In this document: positions 24,588 to 32,000 of the stretch, piece by piece
Position numbering within the stretch: the first letter of the stretch is position 1
Layout: every line of letters starts with the position of its first letter
Assembly: GCA_942493095.1 (NCBI GenBank)
Contig: OW818675.1
Location: 2,010,001 to 2,042,000 of the forward strand
DNA from: Candidatus Electronema halotolerans
GTDB taxonomy: Bacteria > Desulfobacterota > Desulfobulbia > Desulfobulbales > Desulfobulbaceae
DNA: 32,000 nt
Direction of reading: 5' to 3'
Translations under genes and position numbers: made by a program
Notes under the pieces: generated by a model
What the model was told of the DNA's origin: nothing
Seen by the model: only the letters and a program-made list of their open reading frames with translations
The model's database searches: none

Positions 24588-25877
24588 TTACGCCTGCCGC
24601 GCTGCTGACCGACCGGCTGCCCAGCCAGTGGAAAAGGCGGCTTGCAGATTGTAGCCGCCAGTGTCGGCCTGCACATCAAGCAGCTCGCCTGCCAAATACA
24701 GGCCCTTGCAGAGCTTGGACTGCATGGTGCGCGGCTCAACCTCAGCCAGACTGACCCCGCCAGCGGTGATGATCGCCTCCTTGAAGCCGCGATAGCCCGT
24801 GACTGGCAGGCTGACTGCTTTGAGCCAGCTCCGCAGCCGCTTGCGCTCCGCTGCTGTGACCTCGCCAGCCAGCCGTTCTCCGGCAAGGCCGATTTCTTCC
24901 AAGCAGACCGGCACCATCTGGGCTGGCAGCAGGCCGCGCAGCACCGAATCCATCTGCTCCTTGGAGCGGGCGGCAAAATCACGCAGCAGGCGGGCCTCCA
25001 ATTTCTGCTCATCCAAGGCTGGTTTCAGGTCAAGGACCACGCTGACCGCCTCGCCTGCCCGCAGGGCATCCACCATCAGGTGGCTCAGGGTGAGAATCAC
25101 CGGCCCAGACAGCCCGTATTTCATAAAGAGCAGCTCGCCAAAGGCATCAGCCCGCTTTTTGTTGTTGATCAGCAGCCGCACCCCGACATTGCGCAGATGC
25201 AGTCCAGCCAGCCGGGCTGCCAGATTGCCACCAGTTTCCACCGGCACCAAGGCAGGCCGGAGCGGGACAATGCTGTGTCCTGCACTGGCGGCCAAACGGC
25301 AGCCGTCGCCATTGGAGCCGGTGGCTGGATAGGAGGAGCCGCCTGCGGCCAGAATCACAGCCCGGCCCATTACTGGCTGGCCGTTGCAGAGCACACCCTG
25401 CACTGCCCCGTTTTCGAGCAGCAGCTTTTCCACCTGCGAACCGGGCCGCAGCTCAACCGGCAGCTCGGCCAGCCAGTTGCGGAAAACCGCCACCACCTCC
25501 GCAGCCTTGCCTTGGGCGGGAAAGACCCTGCCGCCGCGCTCCGTGACCGTGGCCAAGCCGCGCTCTTCAAAAAAGCGGAGCAAATCCTGATTGAAAAACT
25601 GCTGAAAGCACTGGCGGAGAAATTTGCCGTTCCGGCCAAAGCGGGCAAGAAAATCGGACAGCTCGGCAGCGTTGGTCAGGTTGCAGCGGCCTTTGCCGGA
25701 AATGCTGATCTTGCGGCCCGGCTGGCGCATCTTCTCCAGCAGAATGACCTCAGCTCCGCTCTCTGCCGCTTGTCCAGCAGCCATCAGCCCGGCAGCCCCG
25801 CCGCCAACCACGACAACAGGCCCGCTCATGGTCGGCTGGTAAATAGATTGCAACATTTTACTATTGAAATTCGGCAA
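24588..25877 (-). CDS. HI0933/YhiN (BaiN-like) family NAD(P)/FAD-dependent flavoprotein
   Basis: The Rossmann motif is VVVVGGGAAGLMAAG and the family signature is SGKGRCNLTN. The C-terminal segment GGYNLQAAFSTGWAAG is present. The start is ambiguous: TTG at 25877, ATG at 25856 or ATG at 25829. The gene begins 36 nt or more downstream of the SiR-like gene on the same strand. Confidence 0.88.
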   Translation of the reverse strand: MPNFNSKMLQSIYQPTMSGPVVVVGGGAAGLMAAGQAAESGAEVILLEKMRQPGRKISISGKGRCNLTNAAELSDFLARFGRNGKFLRQCFQQFFNQDLLRFFEERGLATVTERGGRVFPAQGKAAEVVAVFRNWLAELPVELRPGSQVEKLLLENGAVQGVLCNGQPVMGRAVILAAGGSSYPATGSNGDGCRLAASAGHSIVPLRPALVPVETGGNLAARLAGLHLRNVGVRLLINNKKRADAFGELLFMKYGLSGPVILTLSHLMVDALRAGEAVSVVLDLKPALDEQKLEARLLRDFAARSKEQMDSVLRGLLPAQMVPVCLEEIGLAGERLAGEVTAAERKRLRSWLKAVSLPVTGYRGFKEAIITAGGVSLAEVEPRTMQSKLCKGLYLAGELLDVQADTGGYNLQAAFSTGWAAGRSAARQA

Positions 25878-25913
25878 GTTGGCTTAGATTCCCGTCACAG
25901 GTTCAGGCTGTTA

Positions 25914-28289
25914 TCAGACTTTTTCAATAACCACAGTCCACCGCTCACCGATCTTTTCCTGATGCAGGATGCGATGCCCCTCCTGCCGCACTGAGCCGGG
26001 CACATTTTCAATTGGCTCGCCGTCATCCAAAATGATTTCCAGCGTTTCCCCCGGATTCATGCAGGCCAGCATGACCTTGGTGCGGGCAAAATTGAGCGGA
26101 CATTTGACCCCAGTTAAATCTTTGAACCGGTCGGCTTTTCTTCGGTTTTCAGCGGCGACCGCCTGAGCTGCCGCTGCCTGCTTGGCCACAGCCAGATTTT
26201 CTGTCTCGCCCGGAAAGCGCATCGTGCTGTCCATGCGCTGATACAGTGCTGTGATCTCCCGGCCCAAGGCGGCTGCCTCGGCGGCATGTTCTTGCAGCTC
26301 TTCAGCATTGCACTTGTTGGCAAGGTCAAGAACCAGCCGGTGTTCAGCATTGACCAAGCCGGTGTCAATAAAATGCTGGGCAAAGAGCTGCCGCGCCTCC
26401 TGCTCATTTTTTGCCTCTTCGCCCCGTGTCACCAAGAGCATCCGGGCGGAACGGAAAACCAGCTCGCGCAGTGCAGCCTCTCCGGCATGACCTGATTCCA
26501 CCTCGCGCAGCAGCTTTTTAATTTCCTTTTCATCCACCTCAATCATGTCATACATGCCTGCCGAACACTCGGCCCGGCCTATGTCCTTGATTGAGAAAAG
26601 CTGGTCCGCGCCATGATCAAAGTAGTAATTCTTATTCTCGGCAAAAGACGGGATGCTGTTGTATTGATCCGCGCAGAGAGCCGCCACTGCCTCCTTGCCG
26701 CCATTGCTCCACCAGTGACTGAAATCCGCCCTCGGAGTCTCCGCTTTAAAGTCAGCATATATTTTCATGACTTCGACGACAAAGCGTGGCAGGTCAAAAG
26801 AATGCACCCAGCCGACTTCCTCGGCTAACTGAAGCTGCCCCTGCCGGAGGCCGCCGTTGCCCAAGACATTATAGGTCGGCACCGCCCGGCCCTGAATATG
26901 GCGCACCCTGCCATAAAAAGCCAAATCGCCGAGCCAGTGATTGGCGCAGGAGTTGGGGCAGCCGCTGATGCGGATCTGCACGTCGTCAGGCAGGGGAAAG
27001 TCCGCTTGGTCAAGCGCGTTGAAAACCGCCTGCGCTGCCGGGCGGGGACGGTTGATGCCGACTTGACAGGTTTGCGCGCCGGTGCAGGGCACCAATTTTC
27101 CGTATAATGGCGGCTTGTCGCTCAGAGTTGCGCAGGCGGTCAGCAGGCTGTGCAGATTGGGCAGAAAGCGTTCTGGAATATTGCGGAGATAAAAATTTTG
27201 ATCCGGGCCGCAGCGCAAGGTGTTGTCGCCAAAGGGCTGAAGCAATTCAGCCAAGCGCAGGCAGTCGTCCGGGCTGAGATCACCGAGGAGCAGCGGCAGA
27301 AAGACAGCACACAATCCTTTTTGCTTTTGAGGCCTTACGTGACGTTCCTGCCAAAGGGCAAAACCGGGTGCAGCTTCGGCGAGCGGCTCCAGTTCAATGG
27401 TGCGGCTCAAGTTGGCGGCATTGTCAATCGGCACGATCTGCAACTCAGGATGCCCCTGCGTCAGCACCCGCGCCAGCTCCTCCTCGTATAACTTGCGGAA
27501 AGCAGCTTCGCCCATGTCGTCATGGATAAGGAATTTAATCCGGTTGCGGTGCTTGTTCTTGCGGTTGCCGTGCGTATGAAAAATATTTTTGATCGCCCGA
27601 ACTGCATGATACACCTGTTCTTCCGGGAGAAAGTCTTGAATCAGGATTGCGGCTTTCGGCTTGGCTCCCAGTCCGCCGCCTGCATAAACCTGATAGCCCC
27701 GCCTGCCTTGCCCATCCAAGCAGGCGATGAACCCAATATCCTGAGCCAGCACAAAGGCAGTGTCCTCAGTTTTGGAGGTGAAAGCAGTCTTGATTTTGCG
27801 CGGCAGCTCCCAGCTATCCGGCTCGGCAGCCATGCGGCTGGTCAGGGCCACGGCGCAGGGCTGGACATCAAAGACCTCCTGCGGACTGATGCCGGAATCC
27901 GGGTTGGCGACAATGTTGCGGATGGTGTTGCCGCCGCCGCCAAGACAGGACAGCCCAGCCTCGCGCAGCAGGCGCAGCACTATGACAAGATGTTCCTCTT
28001 GGATGCCGTGGAGCTGAATTTCCGCTCTGGTGGTGACATGCACCCGCGCCTCGCCGTATTTCCGGGCCAGCTCACCTGTCGCTGCAAGCTGCTGCGGGCT
28101 GAGAATGCCGCCTGCGCAGCGGATGCGGAACATGTAGGTGGTGTAATTCCGCTCCAAATAAACACCCATTTTCACCCGCTTGGCCGTGAAGGCGGTCTCA
28201 TGGAGCCGACCGGCGCGAAAATCAGCCAAGTTCTGCTCAAAGCGGCGGATATCCGCTTCCAGCGAGGACGGAATGTCATAGTGCAGCAT
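25914..28289 (-). CDS. Siroheme/[4Fe-4S] sulfite/nitrite-reductase-like hemoprotein fused to a helical middle domain and a C-terminal TusA-like domain
   Basis: The Cys cluster C-x5-C (CTGAQTC) ... C-x3-C (CPNSC) is typical of NirA/SiR beta proteins. The C-terminal ~70 aa (LTGVKCPLNFARTKVMLACMNPGETLEIILDDGEPIENVPGSVRQEGHRIL) resemble TusA/SirA. AAGGAGGAG lies 5 nt upstream of the ATG at 28289. The track start at 28322 is a TTG. Confidence 0.85.
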   Translation of the reverse strand: MLHYDIPSSLEADIRRFEQNLADFRAGRLHETAFTAKRVKMGVYLERNYTTYMFRIRCAGGILSPQQLAATGELARKYGEARVHVTTRAEIQLHGIQEEHLVIVLRLLREAGLSCLGGGGNTIRNIVANPDSGISPQEVFDVQPCAVALTSRMAAEPDSWELPRKIKTAFTSKTEDTAFVLAQDIGFIACLDGQGRRGYQVYAGGGLGAKPKAAILIQDFLPEEQVYHAVRAIKNIFHTHGNRKNKHRNRIKFLIHDDMGEAAFRKLYEEELARVLTQGHPELQIVPIDNAANLSRTIELEPLAEAAPGFALWQERHVRPQKQKGLCAVFLPLLLGDLSPDDCLRLAELLQPFGDNTLRCGPDQNFYLRNIPERFLPNLHSLLTACATLSDKPPLYGKLVPCTGAQTCQVGINRPRPAAQAVFNALDQADFPLPDDVQIRISGCPNSCANHWLGDLAFYGRVRHIQGRAVPTYNVLGNGGLRQGQLQLAEEVGWVHSFDLPRFVVEVMKIYADFKAETPRADFSHWWSNGGKEAVAALCADQYNSIPSFAENKNYYFDHGADQLFSIKDIGRAECSAGMYDMIEVDEKEIKKLLREVESGHAGEAALRELVFRSARMLLVTRGEEAKNEQEARQLFAQHFIDTGLVNAEHRLVLDLANKCNAEELQEHAAEAAALGREITALYQRMDSTMRFPGETENLAVAKQAAAAQAVAAENRRKADRFKDLTGVKCPLNFARTKVMLACMNPGETLEIILDDGEPIENVPGSVRQEGHRILHQEKIGERWTVVIEKV

Positions 28290-28532
28290 CTTCTCCTCCT
28301 TTTTTGAAAAAAACATCGTCAAGCACAGGCCGCATCTCAGCTATTATAGCAAAAGAACCGTCTGTTCATGGCACAAAACTTGCGCAGAGGAAAATAAGCA
28401 GTTTGCGCAGATGCCGCTTGAATTTTATTTTTTTTTCGGATAATTCTTTCTGCTTTCACCCGGACAGTGCCGGGCCGCTGCTGCTGTCAGGAGCAGCTCC
28501 CATTCCTTCATCCATCATGCGAGGCATCTTTC

Positions 28533-29270
28533 ATGGAAACTCCGCAAGTTGATCTTCAGAAAGCGGAAACTCCGCAGACTGAACATCAGACCGCTGCCGA
28601 AGAAAATCAAGCCAAGGGCAAGCTGCCGCAGGCGCAGAGCAAACGCAAATCGGTTGCCCGCGAATACATTGAGGCGGTCATCATCGCCGTGCTGCTTGCC
28701 GCGTTCATCCGCACCTTCATTGTTCAGGCCTTCAAGATTCCTTCCGGCTCCATGCTGGAAACCCTCCAGATCGGCGACCATGTCTTAGTGAACAAATTCA
28801 TTTACGGAATCAAAATGCCCTTCACCAGCAAGGTCCTGATTCCGATCAAAGAGCCGCAGCGCGGGGACATCATTGTCTTCAAGTTTCCGCAGGATCCTTC
28901 GGTGGATTACATCAAACGGGTGGTCGCGGTTGGCGGCGACACGATTGAGATCAAGAATAAAAAGGTCTTTGTCAACGGCGAGCTGCAGAATAATAATCAT
29001 GCCCAGTTCACAGACCCGGAAATCAGACCTGCCATTGAAGGGCCAAGGGATAATTACGGCCCGCTGAAAGTGCCACCGGGCAATCTCTTTGTCATGGGCG
29101 ACAACCGGGACAACTCGTTTGACAGCCGCTTCTGGGGCTTTGTCGGTCTGGACGCGGTGCGCGGCAAGGCCTTTATTCTCTACTGGTCGTGGGATGTGCG
29201 GGACAGCCTGTTTTCCATCGACCGCTTCACCTCCATCCGCTGGAGCAGAATCGGCCATCTGGTTGAGTGA
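28533..29270 (+). CDS. lepB: Signal peptidase I
   Basis: The catalytic Ser box is IPSGSMLETL and the Lys box is YIKRVVAVGGD. GDNRDNSFDSRFWG is present. One N-terminal TM helix is AVIIAVLLAAFIRTFIV. The ATG at 28533 (METPQ...) is preferred over the track's GTG at 28467. Confidence 0.93.
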   Translation: METPQVDLQKAETPQTEHQTAAEENQAKGKLPQAQSKRKSVAREYIEAVIIAVLLAAFIRTFIVQAFKIPSGSMLETLQIGDHVLVNKFIYGIKMPFTSKVLIPIKEPQRGDIIVFKFPQDPSVDYIKRVVAVGGDTIEIKNKKVFVNGELQNNNHAQFTDPEIRPAIEGPRDNYGPLKVPPGNLFVMGDNRDNSFDSRFWGFVGLDAVRGKAFILYWSWDVRDSLFSIDRFTSIRWSRIGHLVE

Positions 29271-29283
29271 AGGCGAAGGATAA

Positions 29284-30873
29284 TCACGCAGACTTGCCCT
29301 GCTCCAGCTTCTGCCCGGCCAGCCAGATCAGCCATAAAACCGGCAGCCCCATCAATGTGGTGGCTAAGAAGAACCACTGATAGCCCCAAGCTGTGACCAT
29401 AGTCCCGGAGTAGCCGCCGAGCAGCTTGGGCAGCAGGGTCATCAGCGAGCTGAAGATGGCATACTGCATGGCCGTGAAGGAGATATTGGTCAGTCCGGCG
29501 AGAAAGGCGACAAAGGCGGTGGTGGCAATGCCTGCGCTCAAGTTGTCAGCAGCAATCACCACACAGAGCAGCGGCACATTGTTGCCAACTGAGGCCAAGA
29601 GCATGAAGAGCAGGTTGGTCAGGCTGGAGAGCAGCGCGCCGAGAAAAAGGATGCGCATGACACCGTAGCGTATAGTCAGGGTGCCGCCGAGAAAGCCACC
29701 CAGCAGGGTCATGAACAGGCCGAATGTCTTGATGACGCTGGCAATCACTTCCTTGGAAAAGCCGAGGTCCTGATAGAAAACATTGGCTATCACGCCGAGA
29801 ACAATATCTGATATCCGGTAGAAGCCAATCAAGGTCAGGAGCAGGAGGGCGGTGTGCAGGCCGTAGCGGTCGAAAAAATCAAGGACCGGGTTGATATAGG
29901 TCTGGCTGACCATGCTGCCGTCTGCCAGATTCGCCCGCATGAGGAAGAAAGCGGCCAGTAGGGCGGCAAACACGGAAAGCAGCAGCCGCACCGTTTCAGC
30001 GACAAAGGTGGAAAAGGGCATGAGATGCTCCTGAATGGCGGTGTTGAATAATCCATTGAACAAGCCATTCAGCAATGTCACCACGCCGCCGCTCAACCAG
30101 AAAACTGCGATAAAGACTCCCACTGTGCAGAAAAAGAGCAGGAGGAAGCGCAGATAATACGCTGCTGGGTAGTCAGTGATTCGCTTGTTCACTTCCGGTT
30201 CCGGGATCAGCAGCGTGGTGATCACCCCTGCCAGCATGACAGCGGCCATGCACAGATAACTGCCCCGCCAGGCCGCATAATGATACGCCTCGCTGCTGGT
30301 GCCGAACCATGAGGCCAAATAGAGAGCGCCCGCTCCGGCGACCAGCATTCCCACCCGGTAGCCGGCAATGTAGGCTGAAGAGAGCAGGGCTTGCAGCTCC
30401 TGGGCCGCGCATTCAATCCGATAGGCATCAATAACAATATCCTGGGTGGCTGCGGAGAAGCCGAGCAGCACGGCGGCCAAGGCCATGCAGGTCAGGCTTT
30501 GCTCTCCAGCCGTCGGGTCAGTCAGAGCCATCAGGCAGATGGCGGCAATCACCGCGCTCTGGGCGACAAGGAGCCAGCTCCGCCGCCTGCCCAGCTTGGC
30601 AGTCAGAAACGGCAGGGGCAGGGTGTCAATCACCGGTGCCCAGACAAATTTGAAGGAATAGCCCAAGGCGGCCCAGCTAAAAAATGTGACCGTGGAGCGG
30701 GCCACGCCTGCCTCGCGCAGCCAGAGTGAGAGCGTGGAAAAAATCAGCAGCAGGGGCAGCCCAGCGGAGAAGCCGAAAAAAAGCATGGTCAGCACTCTGG
30801 GGTGCAGCCATGCCTGCATAGTTTCGCTCCAGTTTTTTTCTCTTGCCTGCTGCGCTTTCGTATGGTTGTTCAT
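29284..30873 (-). CDS. ampG: AmpG-family MFS muropeptide permease
   Basis: The N-terminus is collinear with E. coli AmpG: FGFSAGLPLLLIFSTLSLWL ... FKFVWAPVIDTLPLPF...GRRRSWLL. There are at least 12 hydrophobic segments. An alternative start at the ATG at 30819 (MQAWLHPR...) has a better GGAG ribosome-binding site. Confidence 0.85.
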   Translation of the reverse strand: MNNHTKAQQAREKNWSETMQAWLHPRVLTMLFFGFSAGLPLLLIFSTLSLWLREAGVARSTVTFFSWAALGYSFKFVWAPVIDTLPLPFLTAKLGRRRSWLLVAQSAVIAAICLMALTDPTAGEQSLTCMALAAVLLGFSAATQDIVIDAYRIECAAQELQALLSSAYIAGYRVGMLVAGAGALYLASWFGTSSEAYHYAAWRGSYLCMAAVMLAGVITTLLIPEPEVNKRITDYPAAYYLRFLLLFFCTVGVFIAVFWLSGGVVTLLNGLFNGLFNTAIQEHLMPFSTFVAETVRLLLSVFAALLAAFFLMRANLADGSMVSQTYINPVLDFFDRYGLHTALLLLTLIGFYRISDIVLGVIANVFYQDLGFSKEVIASVIKTFGLFMTLLGGFLGGTLTIRYGVMRILFLGALLSSLTNLLFMLLASVGNNVPLLCVVIAADNLSAGIATTAFVAFLAGLTNISFTAMQYAIFSSLMTLLPKLLGGYSGTMVTAWGYQWFFLATTLMGLPVLWLIWLAGQKLEQGKSA

Positions 30874-30941
30874 TGTTGATGACTGTGTTATATGTGGGGG
30901 ACAACTGTTCGTATGATTTTTTTATCTTCTTTGGCCCCTGA

Positions 30942-32000
30942 ATGATGAAGAATATCCGTATCTATAACACGCTGACCAAAAAAAAGGAACTGCTGAAACC
31001 GCTGGAGGAGAATCATGTCCGCCTTTATGTCTGCGGCATCACCTCCTACGACTGGTGCCATATTGGCCATGCCCGCTCGGCCTTGGTCTTTGATATGGCG
31101 GTGCGCTATCTGCGCTGGCGCGGCTATGAAGTGACTTTTGCCCGCAACTTCACTGACATTGACGACAAGATCATCGTCCGGGCCAAAGAGCAGGGCCTTG
31201 AGCCGCAGGCTTTGGCCGAACGCTTTATTGACGAATTTTACACCGACATGGACGCGCTCGGCGTGCTGCGGGCCGACATTGAACCCAAGGCCACTGAGCA
31301 TATTCCAGAAATGATCGAGCTGGTGCAGCAGCTTGTTGACCAAGGCTTGGCGTATCCAGCAGGCGGCGATGTCTATTACCGGGTCCGGGCCTTTGCTGAC
31401 TATGGCTGTCTTTCCGGGCGCAAGTTCGAGGACATGCAGGCTGGAGCGCGGGTTGATGTCAACGAGCAGAAAGAAGACCCGATGGACTTTGTCCTCTGGA
31501 AGGGTGCCAAGCCGGGTGAGCCGAAATGGCCCAGTCCTTGGGGCGAAGGCAGGCCGGGCTGGCATATTGAATGCTCGGCCATGAGCCGCAAATATCTGGG
31601 CGCGACCTTTGACATTCACGGCGGCGGGCAGGATTTGATCTTCCCGCATCACGAGAATGAAATTGCCCAGTCCGTGGGCGCAAACGGCCAGCCCTTTGCT
31701 GCGCTCTGGATGCACCACGGTTTTGTCACGGTCAAGGAAGAGAAGATGTCCAAATCGCTGGGCAACTTCCTCACCATCCGCGAGGTGCTCAAGCACTGGC
31801 CTGCTGAGGTGCTGCGCCTTTTCCTCTTCTCCACCCAGTACCGCAATCCACTCGATTACAACGACACTGCCCTGCATGATGCGGCAACCGGACTGGAGCG
31901 GATGTATGCCTGCTTGGCGAAAATTGCCGAATTGCCTGAGTCCTCCAGCGGCACGGCTCCACCTTTGCTGAATCCAAAAGACAAGAAGGCGATCAGCACC
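30942..32000 (+). CDS. cysS: Cysteine--tRNA ligase, 5' partial (runs off the window end)
   Basis: My own translation of the frame from the ATG at 30942 or 30945 gives [47 protein letters not shown]... It contains [31 protein letters not shown] and KMSKSLGNF. The frame is open for 353 codons to position 32000. It is absent from the ORF track because there is no stop in the window. Confidence 0.93.
   Translation, partial: MMKNIRIYNTLTKKKELLKPLEENHVRLYVCGITSYDWCHIGHARSALVFDMAVRYLRWRGYEVTFARNFTDIDDKIIVRAKEQGLEPQALAERFIDEFYTDMDALGVLRADIEPKATEHIPEMIELVQQLVDQGLAYPAGGDVYYRVRAFADYGCLSGRKFEDMQAGARVDVNEQKEDPMDFVLWKGAKPGEPKWPSPWGEGRPGWHIECSAMSRKYLGATFDIHGGGQDLIFPHHENEIAQSVGANGQPFAALWMHHGFVTVKEEKMSKSLGNFLTIREVLKHWPAEVLRLFLFSTQYRNPLDYNDTALHDAATGLERMYACLAKIAELPESSSGTAPPLLNPKDKKAIST

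Noticed and set aside
24557-24599. 9-bp stem hairpin (cggcaggcg / cgcctgccg, 25-nt loop) spanning the flavoprotein stop codon, considered as a terminator
   Set aside because: On the transcribed minus strand the stem is followed by an A-rich rather than U-rich tract, and the loop is large. It is not a convincing intrinsic terminator.
24642-25994. 450-aa plus-strand ORF
   Set aside because: It is antisense to the HI0933-family flavoprotein gene, which has GxGxxG and GKGRCNLTN. It is a shadow ORF. The same reasoning applies to 3564..4712, 14333..15307, 27522..28307, 1252..1848 and 706..1245 on the plus strand.
30888-31877. 329-aa minus-strand ORF in the track
   Set aside because: It is antisense shadow of cysS. 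It has no motifs, and the opposite strand encodes a textbook CysS with HIGH and KMSKS motifs.
1-32000. tRNA, rRNA and CRISPR genes
   Set aside because: I saw no cloverleaf-like or rRNA-like conserved segments in any intergenic region by eye. This is not a substitute for tRNAscan-SE or Infernal.

Overview
The window is a high-GC bacterial chromosome segment. One hand-counted 60-nt line outside the island gave about 55% GC. Gene content suggests an anaerobic Desulfobacterota-like organism, but that is inference only. Almost all genes are on the minus strand.

Positions 133-18187 hold one long chemosensory gene cluster of the Pil-Chp / Tfp-like type. In transcription order it encodes a REC-PATAN-TPR-REC protein, a single-domain REC, a CheW, a 1595-aa ChpA/CheA-type kinase with five Hpt domains and a C-terminal REC, two further CheW-like proteins, a 1002-aa MCP with a very large periplasmic sensor, an orphan type-1 periplasmic binding protein, and a small Cys-rich 'two-CW' protein.

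A strongly AT-rich foreign island (about 6214-10501) splits this cluster. The island starts 3 nt after the kinase stop codon. It carries a putative restriction endonuclease, a gamma-class N6-adenine DNA methyltransferase, a PD-(D/E)XK (Rpn/transposase-like) gene remnant, and a complete 1305-bp IS5-family element. The IS has 16-bp inverted repeats and a TTAA target duplication, and it interrupts the remnant.

Inside the kinase gene, four of the five Hpt modules form near-identical tandem DNA repeats with periods of 609, 576 and 777 bp. Exact shared stretches reach 104 nt.

The right half (18.6-32 kb) is mostly housekeeping. It contains trpS, a CCA-adding enzyme, a CaCA antiporter with a small membrane protein, a DUF1566 protein, a hyper-acidic secreted protein, an HI0933-type flavoprotein, a siroheme sulfite/nitrite-reductase-like protein fused to a TusA-like domain, lepB, ampG, and a 5' partial cysS. 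The cysS gene is missing from the ORF track because it has no stop codon in the window.

I saw no rRNA, tRNA or CRISPR array. Nothing can be proven novel without database searches. The most unusual items are the island/operon junction, the concerted Hpt repeats and the composition of the chemosensory cluster.
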